Below are positions 15,008 to 27,577 of a stretch of DNA of 64,000 nt, in pieces (within the stretch, counting starts at the first letter, position 1; every line of letters starts with the position of its first letter). The translations under genes were made by a program, and so were the position numbers. A model generated the notes under the pieces. That model saw only the letters and a program-made list of their open reading frames with translations, was not told the DNA's origin and did no database searches. This DNA comes from Octopus vulgaris (lineage: Eukaryota), in assembly GCA_951406725.2 (NCBI GenBank), contig OX597815.1:109120001-109184000 (forward strand), read 5' to 3'.

Positions 15008-15299
15008 CTTGGTAACATGTGGTTCATTTAATTGACCACAAGGACCTTCAACAGAAAGGAATCTGCAAGCTGGACCCACACATATAATGATATGAATGAC
15101 AAATGAAATGGTGAAAAACGAGGGCAACAGCAACTCCCGCCGATTGTTGTATACCCGAGCACATTTCTCTTTCATAAAACCTTTTGAGGCCATAAACCTC
15201 TTACAAAAACAACATTAAGGAGGCAATATACCTCTTACGTTGACTATATACGAAGCCACTTTGAGGCAATGAACCTCTTACTCAATTCCATTTAGGTAT

Positions 15300-16370
15300 C
15301 AAAAGTATAATCTTCTTGCCCGACCAGGCTTCTCGTTTCAGAAAAACACCTGGACGGCTCCAAGTCGGGCCAATTCAATATAAACGTATAGGTATCCTTG
15401 GAGAAGGAATCCATTATCCTGAACAGGTCGCCCTCCCTCATAACCCTCGCAGCCACTTGTGAAGGCCAGTCAGGGTCCTCCGTGCAGGACAGGATGCTCT
15501 TCCTTCAGTCCCTCGTTTTGAGCTTGCCAACAAAGTGCTCCACTGTCCCTCCCTCATGGAAGAAGACCACGAATTCCTCCTCCATTAAACGGAGGGGCTG
15601 TACAGTTTCCATCTTTGGTAGCACAACTCCCACCAAAGATGCTTCGGGACATGCCGGCAGTGTATCACCAACGCCGGTGATGTCCCATTTTTCTTTTCTT
15701 TCTTCTTTTTCGTTTGAGCTACGGGAGGGTGGAGTTCCTCCGCCTTGTCCAGCAGATCCTCCCTTCCTCCCGCAGCCCTCGATTCCTTCGGTGGGTAACC
15801 ATTGTTACCCACCTTTCGTTTTCGCTCTTTTTTCGAGAAAGCCTCCACCTCCTCGACTTCCTCCATTTCTCTCTCCAATGAGGGAGCAGGGAGTGGTACT
15901 TCAATTAACTGCTTCAGGGCTCTACTTTGGTCCTTGGGGCAGTTCTTCTTGATATGACCGGGTTCCAGGCACAGGTGACACTTGGGGGAGGGGAGCCTCC
16001 CTCAAGCATCACCGGATACCTAGATCTGGCCATCCTTAAAAAATCTGGAAAAACCAGATTTTCGGCTGATTGGGTCCTTAGGGTCAAAACAGCTTTTGAC
16101 CCCTCCCACTCAGCCGCAGGCAAACTTTTTACATTGAGTAGCTTGGTACTACTGCCACCCTTTTTCAATTATGTTTTTTCTGGAAGACGGCTATGGTGTC
16201 GAGGGACTTGGAGTAAGTCCTCAACACCATCGTCTTCCTTTCAAACTCCTCAAGCCATTTTGGGGAGGTGTCAACTCCCATTCAACAAATTTGTTCTTTG
16301 CCCTAACTCTTTAAAAATCCTTGCAAACTATTGCGTACTGTCCTATTTTCGAACACCGTCTGCAACTTGA
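15300..16370 (-). mobile_element. Gag-like ORF1 fragment with zinc knuckle, probably Tx1/L1-like LINE
   Basis: Minus strand 15932-15986 reads PKCHLCLEPGHIKKNCPK (CX2CX4HX4C) followed by a Glu/Lys-rich tract; frameshifted. Confidence 0.6.
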
Positions 16371-16399
16371 TGCTGAGGCGAGGCAGTCATCTCTATTGT

Positions 16400-17427
16400 A
16401 AAATGTGATCATTCCACACCGCATGCACTTTCTCTCGGGCATCTTCTTTTTATGCTGATGCCGTTTTTTTTATTATTTGGTCTTGTGACACGGTTTAACT
16501 GTAGATCTGTTGCATTGACAGTTGAGGAGATAGCTCTTGTTTGTTTATTTTTTTATGTCTCATGTGCTCTACCTAACTGTAGGCACTTGTCGAGGGTTAG
16601 CTTTTTGTCTGCTAAAAGTTTTTCTCTCTAAAAAGATCGTCTTTAGCACCAACAACAACTTGATCCCTAATAAGTCTTTCCTTTAATTCCCCAAAGTTGC
16701 AATTATGTGCAAGTTGGCGCAAGACAGCTATGTAGGTTACTATGTTCTTGATATTATTTTGTTTCCGAAGGTGGAATTAATAACACTAATAAGTCTCGTG
16801 CGTCTCACCAAGGAAAAATTCCTCGAATTTGTTAATTACTTCAGACAGGTTACCTTTCGATTCTTCATCGTTAGATTGTAGTCTTTCATATATATTAAAA
16901 CATTCTTCTCCAATAGTCGTCAGAAATACAAAAATTTGAAAACCAGTCTCGATTTCATTTGAGAGTCAACTGGCAATTGAATAATTTTCATTTAAATCTT
17001 CTCCAATTGCTAGCCACATTTCCTTATAAAGACATTCGCTTAGGAGGTGGAATATTCGCAGAAAAAGGTTTTGCAGACATTCGTTGAATTAAATGAAGAA
17101 AATAAACTTACAATTCTGTGAATAATTTTCTTTCTTTTTTCTTTTTGTTTATGGCGTGAGTGCACGGCGAAGTCTTAGCTGTTTTTCCGAAGCTTAAAAA
17201 AAAACATTCGTTTTTTTGTTTGTTTTATTTTTTCCCAGCGAATTTTTCTTTTAGAAGTTGCTTCAAAACCTTCGGAATCCCTTTTCTGACACCATGTGGT
17301 ACAATTAAGGTTGATGATAATGGTTAATAAATAAAAAGATAATTCAGCAAAGCATATACAGCAATGGCCTCTTACTATTAGGGACCCGAATGTGTTCTTT
17401 TAAACTAGAGAGTTCCCGCATGCCACA
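16400..17427 (-). mobile_element. Gypsy/Ty3 LTR retrotransposon 5' remnant: short LTR, tRNA-Leu PBS, gag
   Basis: LTR candidate 17295-17427 bounded by TGTGGTA...TGCCACA; PBS TGGTGTCAGAAAAGGGATTC (17275-17294) directly after CA; gag YIAVLRQLAHNCNFGELKERLIRDQVVVG at ~16645-16740. Confidence 0.75.
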
Positions 17428-17452
17428 GCATGCACATACATATACGTACATA

Positions 17453-18437
17453 TTAGGTTGTCCGGAAAGGTCTGAACGTTTTTAAGCTAAATCTTTTAAG
17501 GCTTCATTGAACATACCTGAAACATATCGCAGTTAAAATGTTGGCGTTGCTTGAAGTGGTAGTTCATCTCTTCTTTGTTCCTGACTAAAAATAGATTAAT
17601 CTTTCATTCTGGTTAACTTTTATTGACATTTGAAAAGGATAACCAAAAATTTCCTATTTGCGTTGTAAGGCTTTGCTTTTTTTTAAAGGGAGAAAATGCT
17701 GCAAGGAAGTGCATAAACATTTGTGAAGTTTATGGTGAGTATGCTGTAGGGGAATCAACTTTTCGAAGGTGGTTTGCAAACCGGAGAGTTTAACTTGGAA
17801 TGGAAGACCTACAAAATTGGATGAAAATGTTTTGAAGGCAAAAGTCGAAGAAAACTCAAATATCACAACTAGAGAACATGCAGAGTACTTGGAAGTTTCT
17901 AAAAGTACGACTCATGAACTCCTAGTGAAGCTAGGATGAATTTCTCGCTATAATGTGAGGGTCCCTCACAAACTCTCAGAAAAAATTGCTTGGAACGGTA
18001 TTCCGTTTGCGAGATGCTTTCGAAAGGGAATGCTTTCGAAAGGGATGCCTTGTTTTTTAATAACTTGTGACTAGAAATGAAAAATGGATTTTGTACGAAA
18101 ACATATTGAGAAAAAGATCCTGGAGTTTGCGCAAGGATCCCGAAAACGGAAACCGAAGACGAATATCCGTGCCAAACAGGCTATGCTTTGCGTTAGGTGG
18201 GATCATAAAGGATCATAAAGGGATCAAAAAGGCATTATTTACTATGAGTTTCACCCACAAAATTTTATGATGATGGAATATTTAAATTTGATGGAATATT
18301 TAAATTTCCTGATAGATGTGTAAAGGTCATTAATAATAATGGAAATAATTTCATTGATTAAAATTTATTGAAAGGTCAACTATTAATATTCCTTTTTGCA
18401 TATTAAAAGAACGCTCTGAACTTTCCGGATAGCCTAC
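17453..18437 (+). mobile_element. Mariner transposon, internally deleted and decayed
   Basis: TIRs TTAGGTTGTCCGGAAAGGTCTGAACG / CGCTCTGAACTTTCCGGATAGCCTAC, TA flanks; VPHKL and VTRNEKWILYEN motifs. Confidence 0.88.
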
Positions 18438-18482
18438 TACATACATCCATATATACACAACACGCACACTGTCGTGCCTATA

Positions 18483-19740
18483 TACGAGGCTGTGCCCCAA
18501 AATAACCGGAAAAGTTCTCTGTGGTACAAGCTCGTTGTAGTTCGGGCTTCCGCCGCTAGAAACCACTTGATGCAACCATCAGGTATCAGTCTGCCAACTG
18601 GCATCGTCGAATGAAGTCGTATTATCACGTGGTGCGTCTTTGTTTTGCTCTGTTTCTCCCCTTGTTCATCGATTGTTGCAATAGCTGAAACGAAGAAACA
18701 GCGCGCTTCCGTGAAACTCTGTTTTCTGCTGGGGAAAACGGCAGTAGAAACAGTTGTCATGCTTCAGACAACTTACAAAGACGCTGCTATAAGAAAAGTA
18801 CAAGTTTCTGAGTGGTTCCCACGCTTTAGGAATGGTCACTTGTCTCTTGAAGACCAACCTCGTTCAGGGCGAACGTCAAACACCCCAACGAATGAAAACC
18901 TCACGAAAATTTATGAAATGATCGTGGGGGACCGTCGCCGAGCAATTGCCGAACTTGTCCATATGACTGGGCATCCTGGAGTTCCTGCTCACGAGTTTTG
19001 AGAGAGGAATTACGAATGACAAGTTGCTGCAAAATTTGTGTCTCGCTCACGGAACATCAAAAGCAGTTACGACTGAATGCGTGTCGCGAACTGCAAAAAC
19101 AGTCGGAAGTTGATCCGAACCTTTTTCGGAATTTCACCACAGGTGACGAAAGCCGGTGCTACGGAAACGAAGCGGCAATCAAGTCAATGGAAGTATTCAA
19201 TGTCATTACACTCCCAAAAAGCGTGTCAATTGAAGGCAAAATGATGTTGATTAACTTCATCAATGCGAAAGGAATTGTCTACAGAGAATTTATTCCTCTT
19301 GGTCAAACTGTTAACCAGACATCTTACTGGGCAGTTCTGAAGCATTTGCCAGACGAAGTGAGATGACAACGACCTGACCAATGGCAACGTGGAGAATGAA
19401 GCCTTGAGTGTGAGATAGTTTTTGCCAAAAGTCGCATGATCCCGATTAGGCATCCTTCCTATTCGCCCGATCTTCCTACCTGCGACTTACTCTTTTTCTC
19501 TCGAATGAAACAAATCTTTAAATGAAAACGTTTTGCACACACGTAAGAGGTGAAGAGAAAACGGTAGAGGTGTTAAAGGCATCACAAGAGTTCCAGGTCT
19601 GCTTCTAACAGTGGGAAATGCGCCTGGATCCATACATTGCTTCAAATGGAGAATACTTTAAAGGCGATAAAAGTGTAACCATGAAAAACTAAGTGAATAA
19701 AATGATATTGGAAAGCTCCGGTTTCTTTTGGGTAACCCTC

Positions 19741-19743
<3 letters not shown>
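18483..19743 (+). mobile_element. Mariner transposon, full-length size, transposase pseudogene
   Basis: TIRs TACGAGGCTGTGCCCCAAAATAACCGG / CCGGTTTCTTTTGGGTAACCCTCGTA; WFPRFRNG..LEDQPRSGR, TGDESRCYG, HPSYSPDL motifs. Confidence 0.9.
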
Positions 19744-19788
<45 letters not shown>

Positions 19789-19935
19789 CGTTTTATTTAA
19801 TATTTTGCACATTACTTAATCATTGTTATATGTTTTATCTTATATTTAATCTTTCTATAAGATGTAATTTTTCTAAATGGTATAATTCAAATTGATAAAA
19901 GGTAGGTTTTTTTCTAATTTATATATATCTATATA

Positions 19936-19987
<52 letters not shown>

Positions 19988-20096
19988 TATATTATATTAT
20001 ATTATATTATATTATTATTATATTTTGTGAAATTTGATATAGTATTTCTAAATTGAATTTTTCCTTGTAAGTTTGGAATAATATTCCCTCATATTA

Positions 20097-22220
20097 TACT
20101 GGTCAACAGTCAATTTTCCTCAGGGATATTATATGGTGTTTTATATGTAGTTTTGTCCGCAGATTTCGAAAAAGTAATCGGTTTCCTTCTATCAGGCACA
20201 GTTTTTCTGATGAGATAAGAGACGTATATAACTCCCATCAGCAGTATCGCTACACGTAAACGTTTTATACAGGTAAATTCTGACTATGTCAAGGCATTGC
20301 AAGAACAGTCTTGATATATTTTGTCATGTTTATGGTTCATTTACTACCAAAGCTCAGCAACGTGCCATCACAAATGAAATCAAGAAGATCTACCAGTTAT
20401 ATTTTGGCTGCTCTCTCGGGGAACAAGATAAGAGTTGGGCCCCGCACATCATCTGCTCAGTTTGTTCAAATGGACTAAGGGATTGGCTATATAAGAGGAA
20501 GAGAGCAAAGCCGTTTGCAATACCTATGATATGGAGAGAGCCAAAGGATCATTTTATGGAGTGTTATTTCTGCAACGTTAATGTATGTGGGTTTACTGTA
20601 AAGACCAAGCATAAGATTGTGTATACCAATTTGGAATCAGCAAGAAGACCAGTACCACACAATGATGATGATCTTCCTATTCCAATACCACCAGAAAATA
20701 GCCTTCGGATGTCTGACGAAGATGTATTTCCTAAGGAAAATATTACTGCTGTCGAAGACACCGAAGTGGGTTCAGATTTCGCGATTGAAAATGAAGACGT
20801 ACCACAGAATTTTTCTCAAGGAGAGTTAAATGATTTAGTTAGAGACTTGTCATTGTCGAAGGATAAAGCTGAACTATTAGCCTACAAGAAAAGTGTCTGC
20901 TTAAGAAAGTTGTTTGTATTACTCATTTCAGGAAGATAAATAGTGGTCTGACTTCATGCTTCTCTGTTGATGGACCATTTTGTTTCAGTAATAACACTTA
21001 TGAGTTATTTCGCTGTTTGTTCCAAGAGCATGTTCCAGCTGAATGGCGCTTATTCATTGATTCATCTAAGAGAAGCCTCAAAGCAGTACTACTATACAAC
21101 AGCAATAAGAAACCATCCATTCCCATAGGACATTCACGTACATGAAGGAGTGTTATAAAAACATGCAAGTACTCCTCAATGCTATAAAATATATAAACTA
21201 CAGCTGGAAAGTATGTGGAAACTTGAAGGTGATTGGAATGTTTATGGGAATGCAATCTGGGTTCAGCAAATATTGTTGCTTTTTATGCCTATGGTACAGT
21301 CGTGCAACTAACAAGCACTATGTGCGATCAGAGTGGCCTCTGCGAAAATCATATGAGCCAGGAGTTTCTAGCGTCCAGAGTAAGCCACTTTTAAACCCAG
21401 AAAATGTTCTTCTTCCTCCTCTTCACATAAAGATTGGCTTCATGAAACAATTCGTGACGACACTTGCCAGGAAAAGCTCAAAAGGTTTTGAATATGTGAA
21501 GGCCAAATTTCCAAAAATCACCAAGGCAAAACTGAAGGAGGGCGTATTCATAGGTCCGCAGATAAATGAACTCCTGAAGGACATCCACTTCCTCACTGGA
21601 TGAGATTGAGCTTAAAGCCTGGGAATCCTTCAAATGGCTCTGTGAAAATTTCCTAGGCAACAAGAGATCTCTAGAATTTAGAAATGGAGTGAAATGTCTT
21701 CTAGACTCCTACGCTGCAATGGACTGCTGGATGTCCCTAAAAATCCATTTCCTTGATTCACATCTGGACATTTTTGCAGAGAAGCTTGGAGCAGTGTCTG
21801 ATGAGCAAGGGGAACGCTTTCATCAAGATATTGCATCGAATGAACAACGATATCAAGGATTTTGGAATGCAAGAATGTTAGCTGACTACTGTTGGATGTT
21901 ATACAGGGATGAACCTGAGACAAAACACCATAGAAAGTCCAGATCCCAAGGATTTTAAGTTATTATGCATTTGAGTGTATTCTAACTTATTTGTACACAA
22001 TAATTTTAATTTTGTACAATAAAAAGCCATGAAATTATCGTATCTTATATTCAATATACTTTATATATCCTATAAGTGAAAACAGCAGATATCATTAACA
22101 TAAAAATGTGACCTGATAGAGAAAATCGAACTTCAGATTCGTAATCAGCATCAAAACCAACCCGGAAAAGTCAATCAGCAACTCTGATGACTAAAAAAAG
22201 TTTCCTTTTGTTGACCAGTG
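20097..22220 (+). mobile_element. Chapaev3-like (CMC superfamily) DNA transposon, frameshifted transposase
   Basis: TIRs (T/C)ACTGGTCAACA...TGTTGACCAGTG plus subterminal inverted repeats; ORFs 20286-20939 (C/H-rich N-terminus, WAPHIICSVC, MIWREP), 21142-21603 (LLPPLHIKIG), 21689-21958 (SDEQGERFHQD). Confidence 0.82.
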
Positions 22221-22299
22221 TATATATATATAATATTACGTATGTTAGAAGAAGTTCGGTATATTTACGAATTGTTCTTAGAGAGCCAATGCGAAAAAA

Positions 22300-22386
22300 A
22301 TACAAAGTAGAGGAGATTGAAAACACAAGTCATAAGCAGTCATAGACTGCCTATGACTTGCGTTTCCAATCTCCTCTACTCTGTAT
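22300..22386. repeat. Inverted repeat with 42-bp arms and 3-nt loop
   Basis: Arms 22300-22341 and 22345-22386, 4 mismatches. Confidence 0.95.
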
Positions 22387-22539
22387 GCATATATATATAT
22401 ATACAACTTATATATATGCACGTATATATACATACAAATATCTATATATATTTGCATATATATATATTTATATACAACTTATATATATATATGCACATAA
22501 TATATATATATACATACAAATATCTATATATAGATGCAT

Positions 22540-23420
22540 TGCATACATATAACCACACCCACATGCATACATATTATGATATCTATGTGGTTGTTATGAT
22601 ATTATTTGTATGTTAGAATAGGAAGAAATGGGGATAAAATGAGTGAGTTAGAGGGTGAGAGTTTGCCAATTTATTATTTTTTTTCTATGCAGTATCTAGA
22701 AAACGCATATTTCGTGCTGTGGCAACATCTTGGGATTGTCTCAATGCTTTTTGAGAAGGTTTTCTTTGCGTGTTGCCGGTTTATCTTTCGGCATGAGGAG
22801 ATGAGATTCCAATAAATCACCTGCAAGTGATTTTCGGAGGCCCCTATGTATTTATATTTATGTTTCGTGTGGTGATTGTGCATTTATATATGATGTTTGT
22901 TGCTCGCATTGATTCTTGAGCGGACATGTAAATTTATTGCAACAGCTGCAATGATTTACACTATTAGTATTTCTTTTGTTATGTGGTGACCTTTTGCTTT
23001 CGCTTTCATGAAGTTCCGGTTGATTGATATTGTTTGCTGTGTTCTTGATGTTATTGCTTGTTTCGTTGTTCCTTGTTTTGGTTTTTGTTTGGCTCCTTTT
23101 GTAGCTGTCGGGGCCGCTATCCTTGTTTTTGTGATCCTTATCGTGTTTGTTTTTGTTATCACTCCAGTACCCTGTATTGCTTTGTTATGTTTGTTCCGTG
23201 TTTGCGATCGTTGATTGCAGGTATGTATTTGTACTGTTGTATTTCTGTATGTAGTACTCCGTGTTGTTGAATGTGGCGTACGATACTTTCACTGTGTGCT
23301 TATTAAAGATACGATGATATTTGTGTGTTTTAGAGAATAACCTATCTAACACTACAAAAAAATCCTTACCTATTTTCGATGATATTTGTAATCCGAAAAG
23401 TTGGTTGTACCATAACACCT
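22540..23420 (-). mobile_element. Penelope-like element remnant (RT/EN linker and 3' end)
   Basis: WYNQLFGLQISSKIGKDFF..FNKHTVKVSY (23185-23418); RCCHSTKYAFSRY; diverged inverted counterpart of 23870-24120. Confidence 0.7.
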
Positions 23421-23599
23421 CAAAAATATTGCATTTTTTTGTTTGATCCCTTCAACCTATTTTCTGTGCTATGTTGAGGGTCGTCGTTGTAATATTGTTA
23501 TTAGTTCGGGTTTTGTTTATTTTATCCTATTTTTTCATTCTATCTTGGGTTAGCTGTTGTTATGTGTTTCTTGTTGTTTTTATAATGTGTGCGTCATCA

Positions 23600-24120
23600 A
23601 ATAACAACAAAGACAGTGTAAATCATTGCGGCACTCGCTCATGAATTAATGCATCCAAAAAAGGACATCTTATAAATGCACAATCACCACGCAACAACAT
23701 ATATATGCATACATAGGACCCTCCTAAAACCAATTCAAGATCTGTTGTCTGAAGCAAATGAGAGTAAAAGATGTAAAAATAAGATATGAAATCGAATGGT
23801 CAATAATAAAAAAAAATGCACACCCGTATAATGTATTATCCGTGGTATGTGACCTGTGCCTTGAAGAAGCCCTATGTATCTCGCTGAGCGAAGTAAACCT
23901 AGTAAAGAAGCATAGTGGGAAAGTCCTAAAGTGTTGCCACCACTGGAAATATACATTTTCCCGATACCGCATAGAATAATGATAATAATAATTCAGTGAA
24001 CCCTCTCCCTCTCCTATTTTCTCCGCATCTCTTCCTGTACTGGTACATTAATAATATCATAACAATCGCATAGATATCAAAATATGAGTGCGCGCGGGTG
24101 TGATTATGAGTATGCATTTA
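23600..24120 (+). mobile_element. Penelope-like element 3' remnant (GIY-YIG C-terminus), inverted relative to 22540-23420
   Basis: IEWSIIKKNAHPY..CDLCLEEALCI..KCCHHWKY (23758-23979). Confidence 0.72.
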
Positions 24121-24330
24121 TAATTGAGTATATTTAGATAAATATGTTTGGGTGCATATGCAAACACACGCAAGTGTACACAAATATATATGTATGCACA
24201 TGTGTACATGTGTGCACATGTGCTTATGTCGGTGTGTACGTGTTTGCATGTGTATGAGTTCCTATGTAAGTATATATATGTACATATGGGTAAGCACAAA
24301 TATGGATACATATATTTTTATGTGCGCATA

Positions 24331-25815
24331 TGATTGATTGATTGATTGATTCTAGTTTCAGCTCACGAGCTTCGGCCATGCTGGGGCACCGCCATTTGGT
24401 GTTGCTACATGGTTTTACTTCACGAATGCTTTTTAGCAACTGCCATTTGGTGCATGAGAGAGTTCGATGCAGCTGCCCTCATCTGCACCTCCTGCCGTGA
24501 AGTTGGTTCATCTGGGATACCTGACAAGAAGAGATCCAGTTTCACTTTAAAGACATCTGCATCCACCCCATGCAGGTCTCTTAGATTCTTCGGGAGGATA
24601 TTGAAGAGCTGTGGGCCTCGGAAGCCCAGGCTATCACAGTATCTTGTCCTACATCTTGATGGCAAATTTGGAGTCCTAGGCACCACGCAGTGGCGCCAGT
24701 TCTGGCATTTGTGTAACTCTCGATGCCAAAGTTTGGGACAAGTCCTTCCAGGATCTTCCAGATGTATATTATGGCATATCTTTTTCGCCTACGCTCCAAG
24801 GAATAGAGTTTTAATCTCTTGAGTCTTTCCCAGTAGCTTATATTCTGCACAGAGGCTATCTTCTTCGTGTAGCTACGTTGGATCGCCTCAAGTTCTGTGA
24901 TCAACTTGACACTGGATGGTGACCATAGCTGAGAGCAATAGTCAAAGTGGCTTAGGACAAGTGTCCTCCAGAGGACCATCATGGTTTCTTTTTCTCTTGT
25001 TCTAAAGGTTCTGAGAATCCATCCGGCCAGTCGTCTACATTTCATTGCCAATTTAGCAACATGTACACGAAAGGTTGCGTCATCACTCATGTAAATACCC
25101 AGGTCACGCACTGGTTGTGCCTCTGGGATTGCAATTCCTCCGGGTCCAGTGTATTCATTGGGTATTGCATTCAGTTTTGCATGCTGATAGCATAAAGCTT
25201 GAAACTTTTCAGCATTGAACTGCATGCTATTCTTTTCAGCCCACTTGTATATTTTGTCCAGCTCACATTGCAGGCGTTTAGTGTCCTCAGGGTTCTGTAT
25301 TGCCTGTGAAACTTTTGTATCATCTGCATAACTTGTGATCGTGGCTCTCTGCGTGGCTGAGGGCATGTCTGAGAGGGCCATTATGAATAGTAGTGGTCCC
25401 AAAACACTATCTGCGTGTTAATGGAAGTGGGCCCCATTGGCTACTACCACCTGACTTCTATCTTTCAGAAAGTCATGAAGCCATTCATCCATGCTGGGTG
25501 TCAGGCAGCAAGTCATTTTCTTCAAGGAAGGTGATCAGTTTCCTTCTGACTATTCGTTCCATGACCTTGCTGATGTGTGAGGTCAGAGAGATAGGTCTGT
25601 AGTTCTTGGCCTCCGCTCTGCTACCTCCTTTATGAATAGGGCATATTTTACCTTCCTTCAGTTTTCTTGGAAGTTTGCCAGCTGCAAGGAAGCTCTGAAA
25701 GAGGAACTGCAGTGGTCTTGCTAGGACTCTCTTACATACTTTTAGGGAATCCGTCGGGGCCAGTAGCTGAGTCTGTTTTCATTTCATCTATAGCCTTTAT
25801 TACATCGTCTTCCTT
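24331..25815 (-). mobile_element. 5'-truncated CR1/L2-group LINE with (AATC)n tail
   Basis: ORF 24581-25402 (YADDTK, SHFDYCSQLWSP, YWERLKRLKLYSLERR); (TGAT)n at 24331-24350; internal deletion near 25500. Confidence 0.9.
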
Positions 25816-25871
25816 TATATCGATGTAATCTGTATGTATGCGTAAGAACATTTGCATGCATATATACATGT

Positions 25872-25925
<54 letters not shown>

Positions 25926-26043
25926 TATGTTTATACAATTTAAAAATAGGATAACATCTTTATAAGAATTTATCAAGTAGTTAGCGTGAAAAAACCTCAT
26001 AAAAGAAAAATCCATCAATTCTTCTCTTAAATTTATTTATTTG

Positions 26044-26203
26044 TATTATATAGGGGCATTACTATACATAAATGCCACGATAAATACATAAACTACCAAG
26101 ATAAATAAACACATAGTATCGATACTATGTGTTTATTTATTTTAGTAGTTTTGACTTTAAGAGACCCTCCTAGCGTGTGGCATTTATGTATAGTAATGCC
26201 CTC

Positions 26204-26212
<9 letters not shown>
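26044..26212. repeat. Nested inverted repeat with a perfect 40-bp palindrome at 26101-26140
   Basis: ATAAATAAACACATAGTATC|GATACTATGTGTTTATTTAT; outer arms 26044-26078 and 26177-26212. Confidence 0.92.
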
Positions 26213-26257
<45 letters not shown>

Positions 26258-26310
26258 GTGTGTGTGTGTGTGTGTGTGCATATATATATTGCATACATAT
26301 ATATATATTG

Positions 26311-26354
<44 letters not shown>

Positions 26355-26531
26355 TATATATATAGAGAGAGAGATTTAGCAGTTGCAGTAACCGACTAAG
26401 GGATAAAATATACGTATGTACTATCAGTATCCATTACCTGTGTTACACCAGGCAATGGTGTACAGGGGCACCATATACGTCGACCGCTGGTGACAATAGG
26501 ATAAGAAAATGTTTATCAGGAACCAATGCAA

Positions 26532-26662
26532 ATAATTAGAAAACGGAGAAAACCATAAATTAACCAGTACATCGATAGGACCACGTTTAAAGCTTATTTA
26601 ACCTTTAAATGTGGTCCTATCGAGGTACTGGTTAATCTATGTTTTTTTCTCCATTTTCTAAT

Positions 26663-26665
<3 letters not shown>
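26532..26665. repeat. Inverted repeat with ~60-bp arms and 10-nt loop
   Basis: Arms 26532-26592 and 26603-26665. Confidence 0.92.
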
Positions 26666-26695
<30 letters not shown>

Positions 26696-26859
26696 TATAT
26701 ATATATAAACATGCATATACATATATATACATGCATACATATATACATGCATATATATATATACATAAGTTGTATCATCTTCCCTTCCTTGGAGCTTTCC
26801 TTACATGCATACATAAACAAGTTGTGTGTGTGTATTTATATATATATTCCAACGCCGCC

Positions 26860-27190
26860 CGAAGCGCTACTCATTTGTGTGATTTGGAAAATATTCCATC
26901 AATATTGCACAAATGATGCTGGCATCAATTTTGAAATCCATCTAAGACTTGATCCCCGTGCTATCCGCCCACTACAAAAGTCGAATTCGGTACACATAGC
27001 AACATTACGTCACAATTACTTCACCTCAACTGGTCAGCTTTCTTCAATACCATACCAAAATACGTCAAAACGGATGCCATAAAATTCAAATGTTCACTGG
27101 GCAAATTTCTTCAAAAATCCCGGACCATCCTCCTACACCCGGATATGTATCCAAAAATAATAACTTTTTGCTAGAGAAGGCCATCTTCTT
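26860..27190 (+). mobile_element. CR1/L2-group LINE 3' fragment
   Basis: ICVIWKIFHQYC..IATLRHNYFTSTG resembles the C-termini of 33072-33812 and 24420-24686. Confidence 0.6.
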
Positions 27191-27229
27191 TTTACAGCAT
27201 TCACCCGGGGTGGGTTGAGATGGCTTCAT

Positions 27230-27575
27230 TTATCCTCAATGCTGCATCTCTCACAAACGCCGACCAGGCCTGGCATTTAAGGCTAACGACCGAGTGATCT
27301 CCAACCACTCATTCCAGCGTCGACCGCCATAGATAGGGGGGCCTAGGCTGGGTTCCAGATCAGCCTTGACTGTCATCAGTCAGGTTCTTCTTTGTCCACC
27401 ATATCTCTTTCGCCAACCCTGAAGGGGAGCTGGGTCAATTGCTTCGTAAATGAATTCTCCTGGCTGACGGCGGAGGGCATGACCCAGCCAACGCAGACGT
27501 CTCGTTAGGATGACTTGTCGGGGGGAGGTGATTCTGCACTGGTATCGCACCGAATTGTTGGAGATTAAGTGATGC
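27230..27575 (-). mobile_element. RTE-clade LINE 3' fragment
   Basis: Minus strand RRLRWLGHALRRQPGE..GWRKRYGGQRRT. Confidence 0.65.
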
Positions 27576-27577
27576 CA

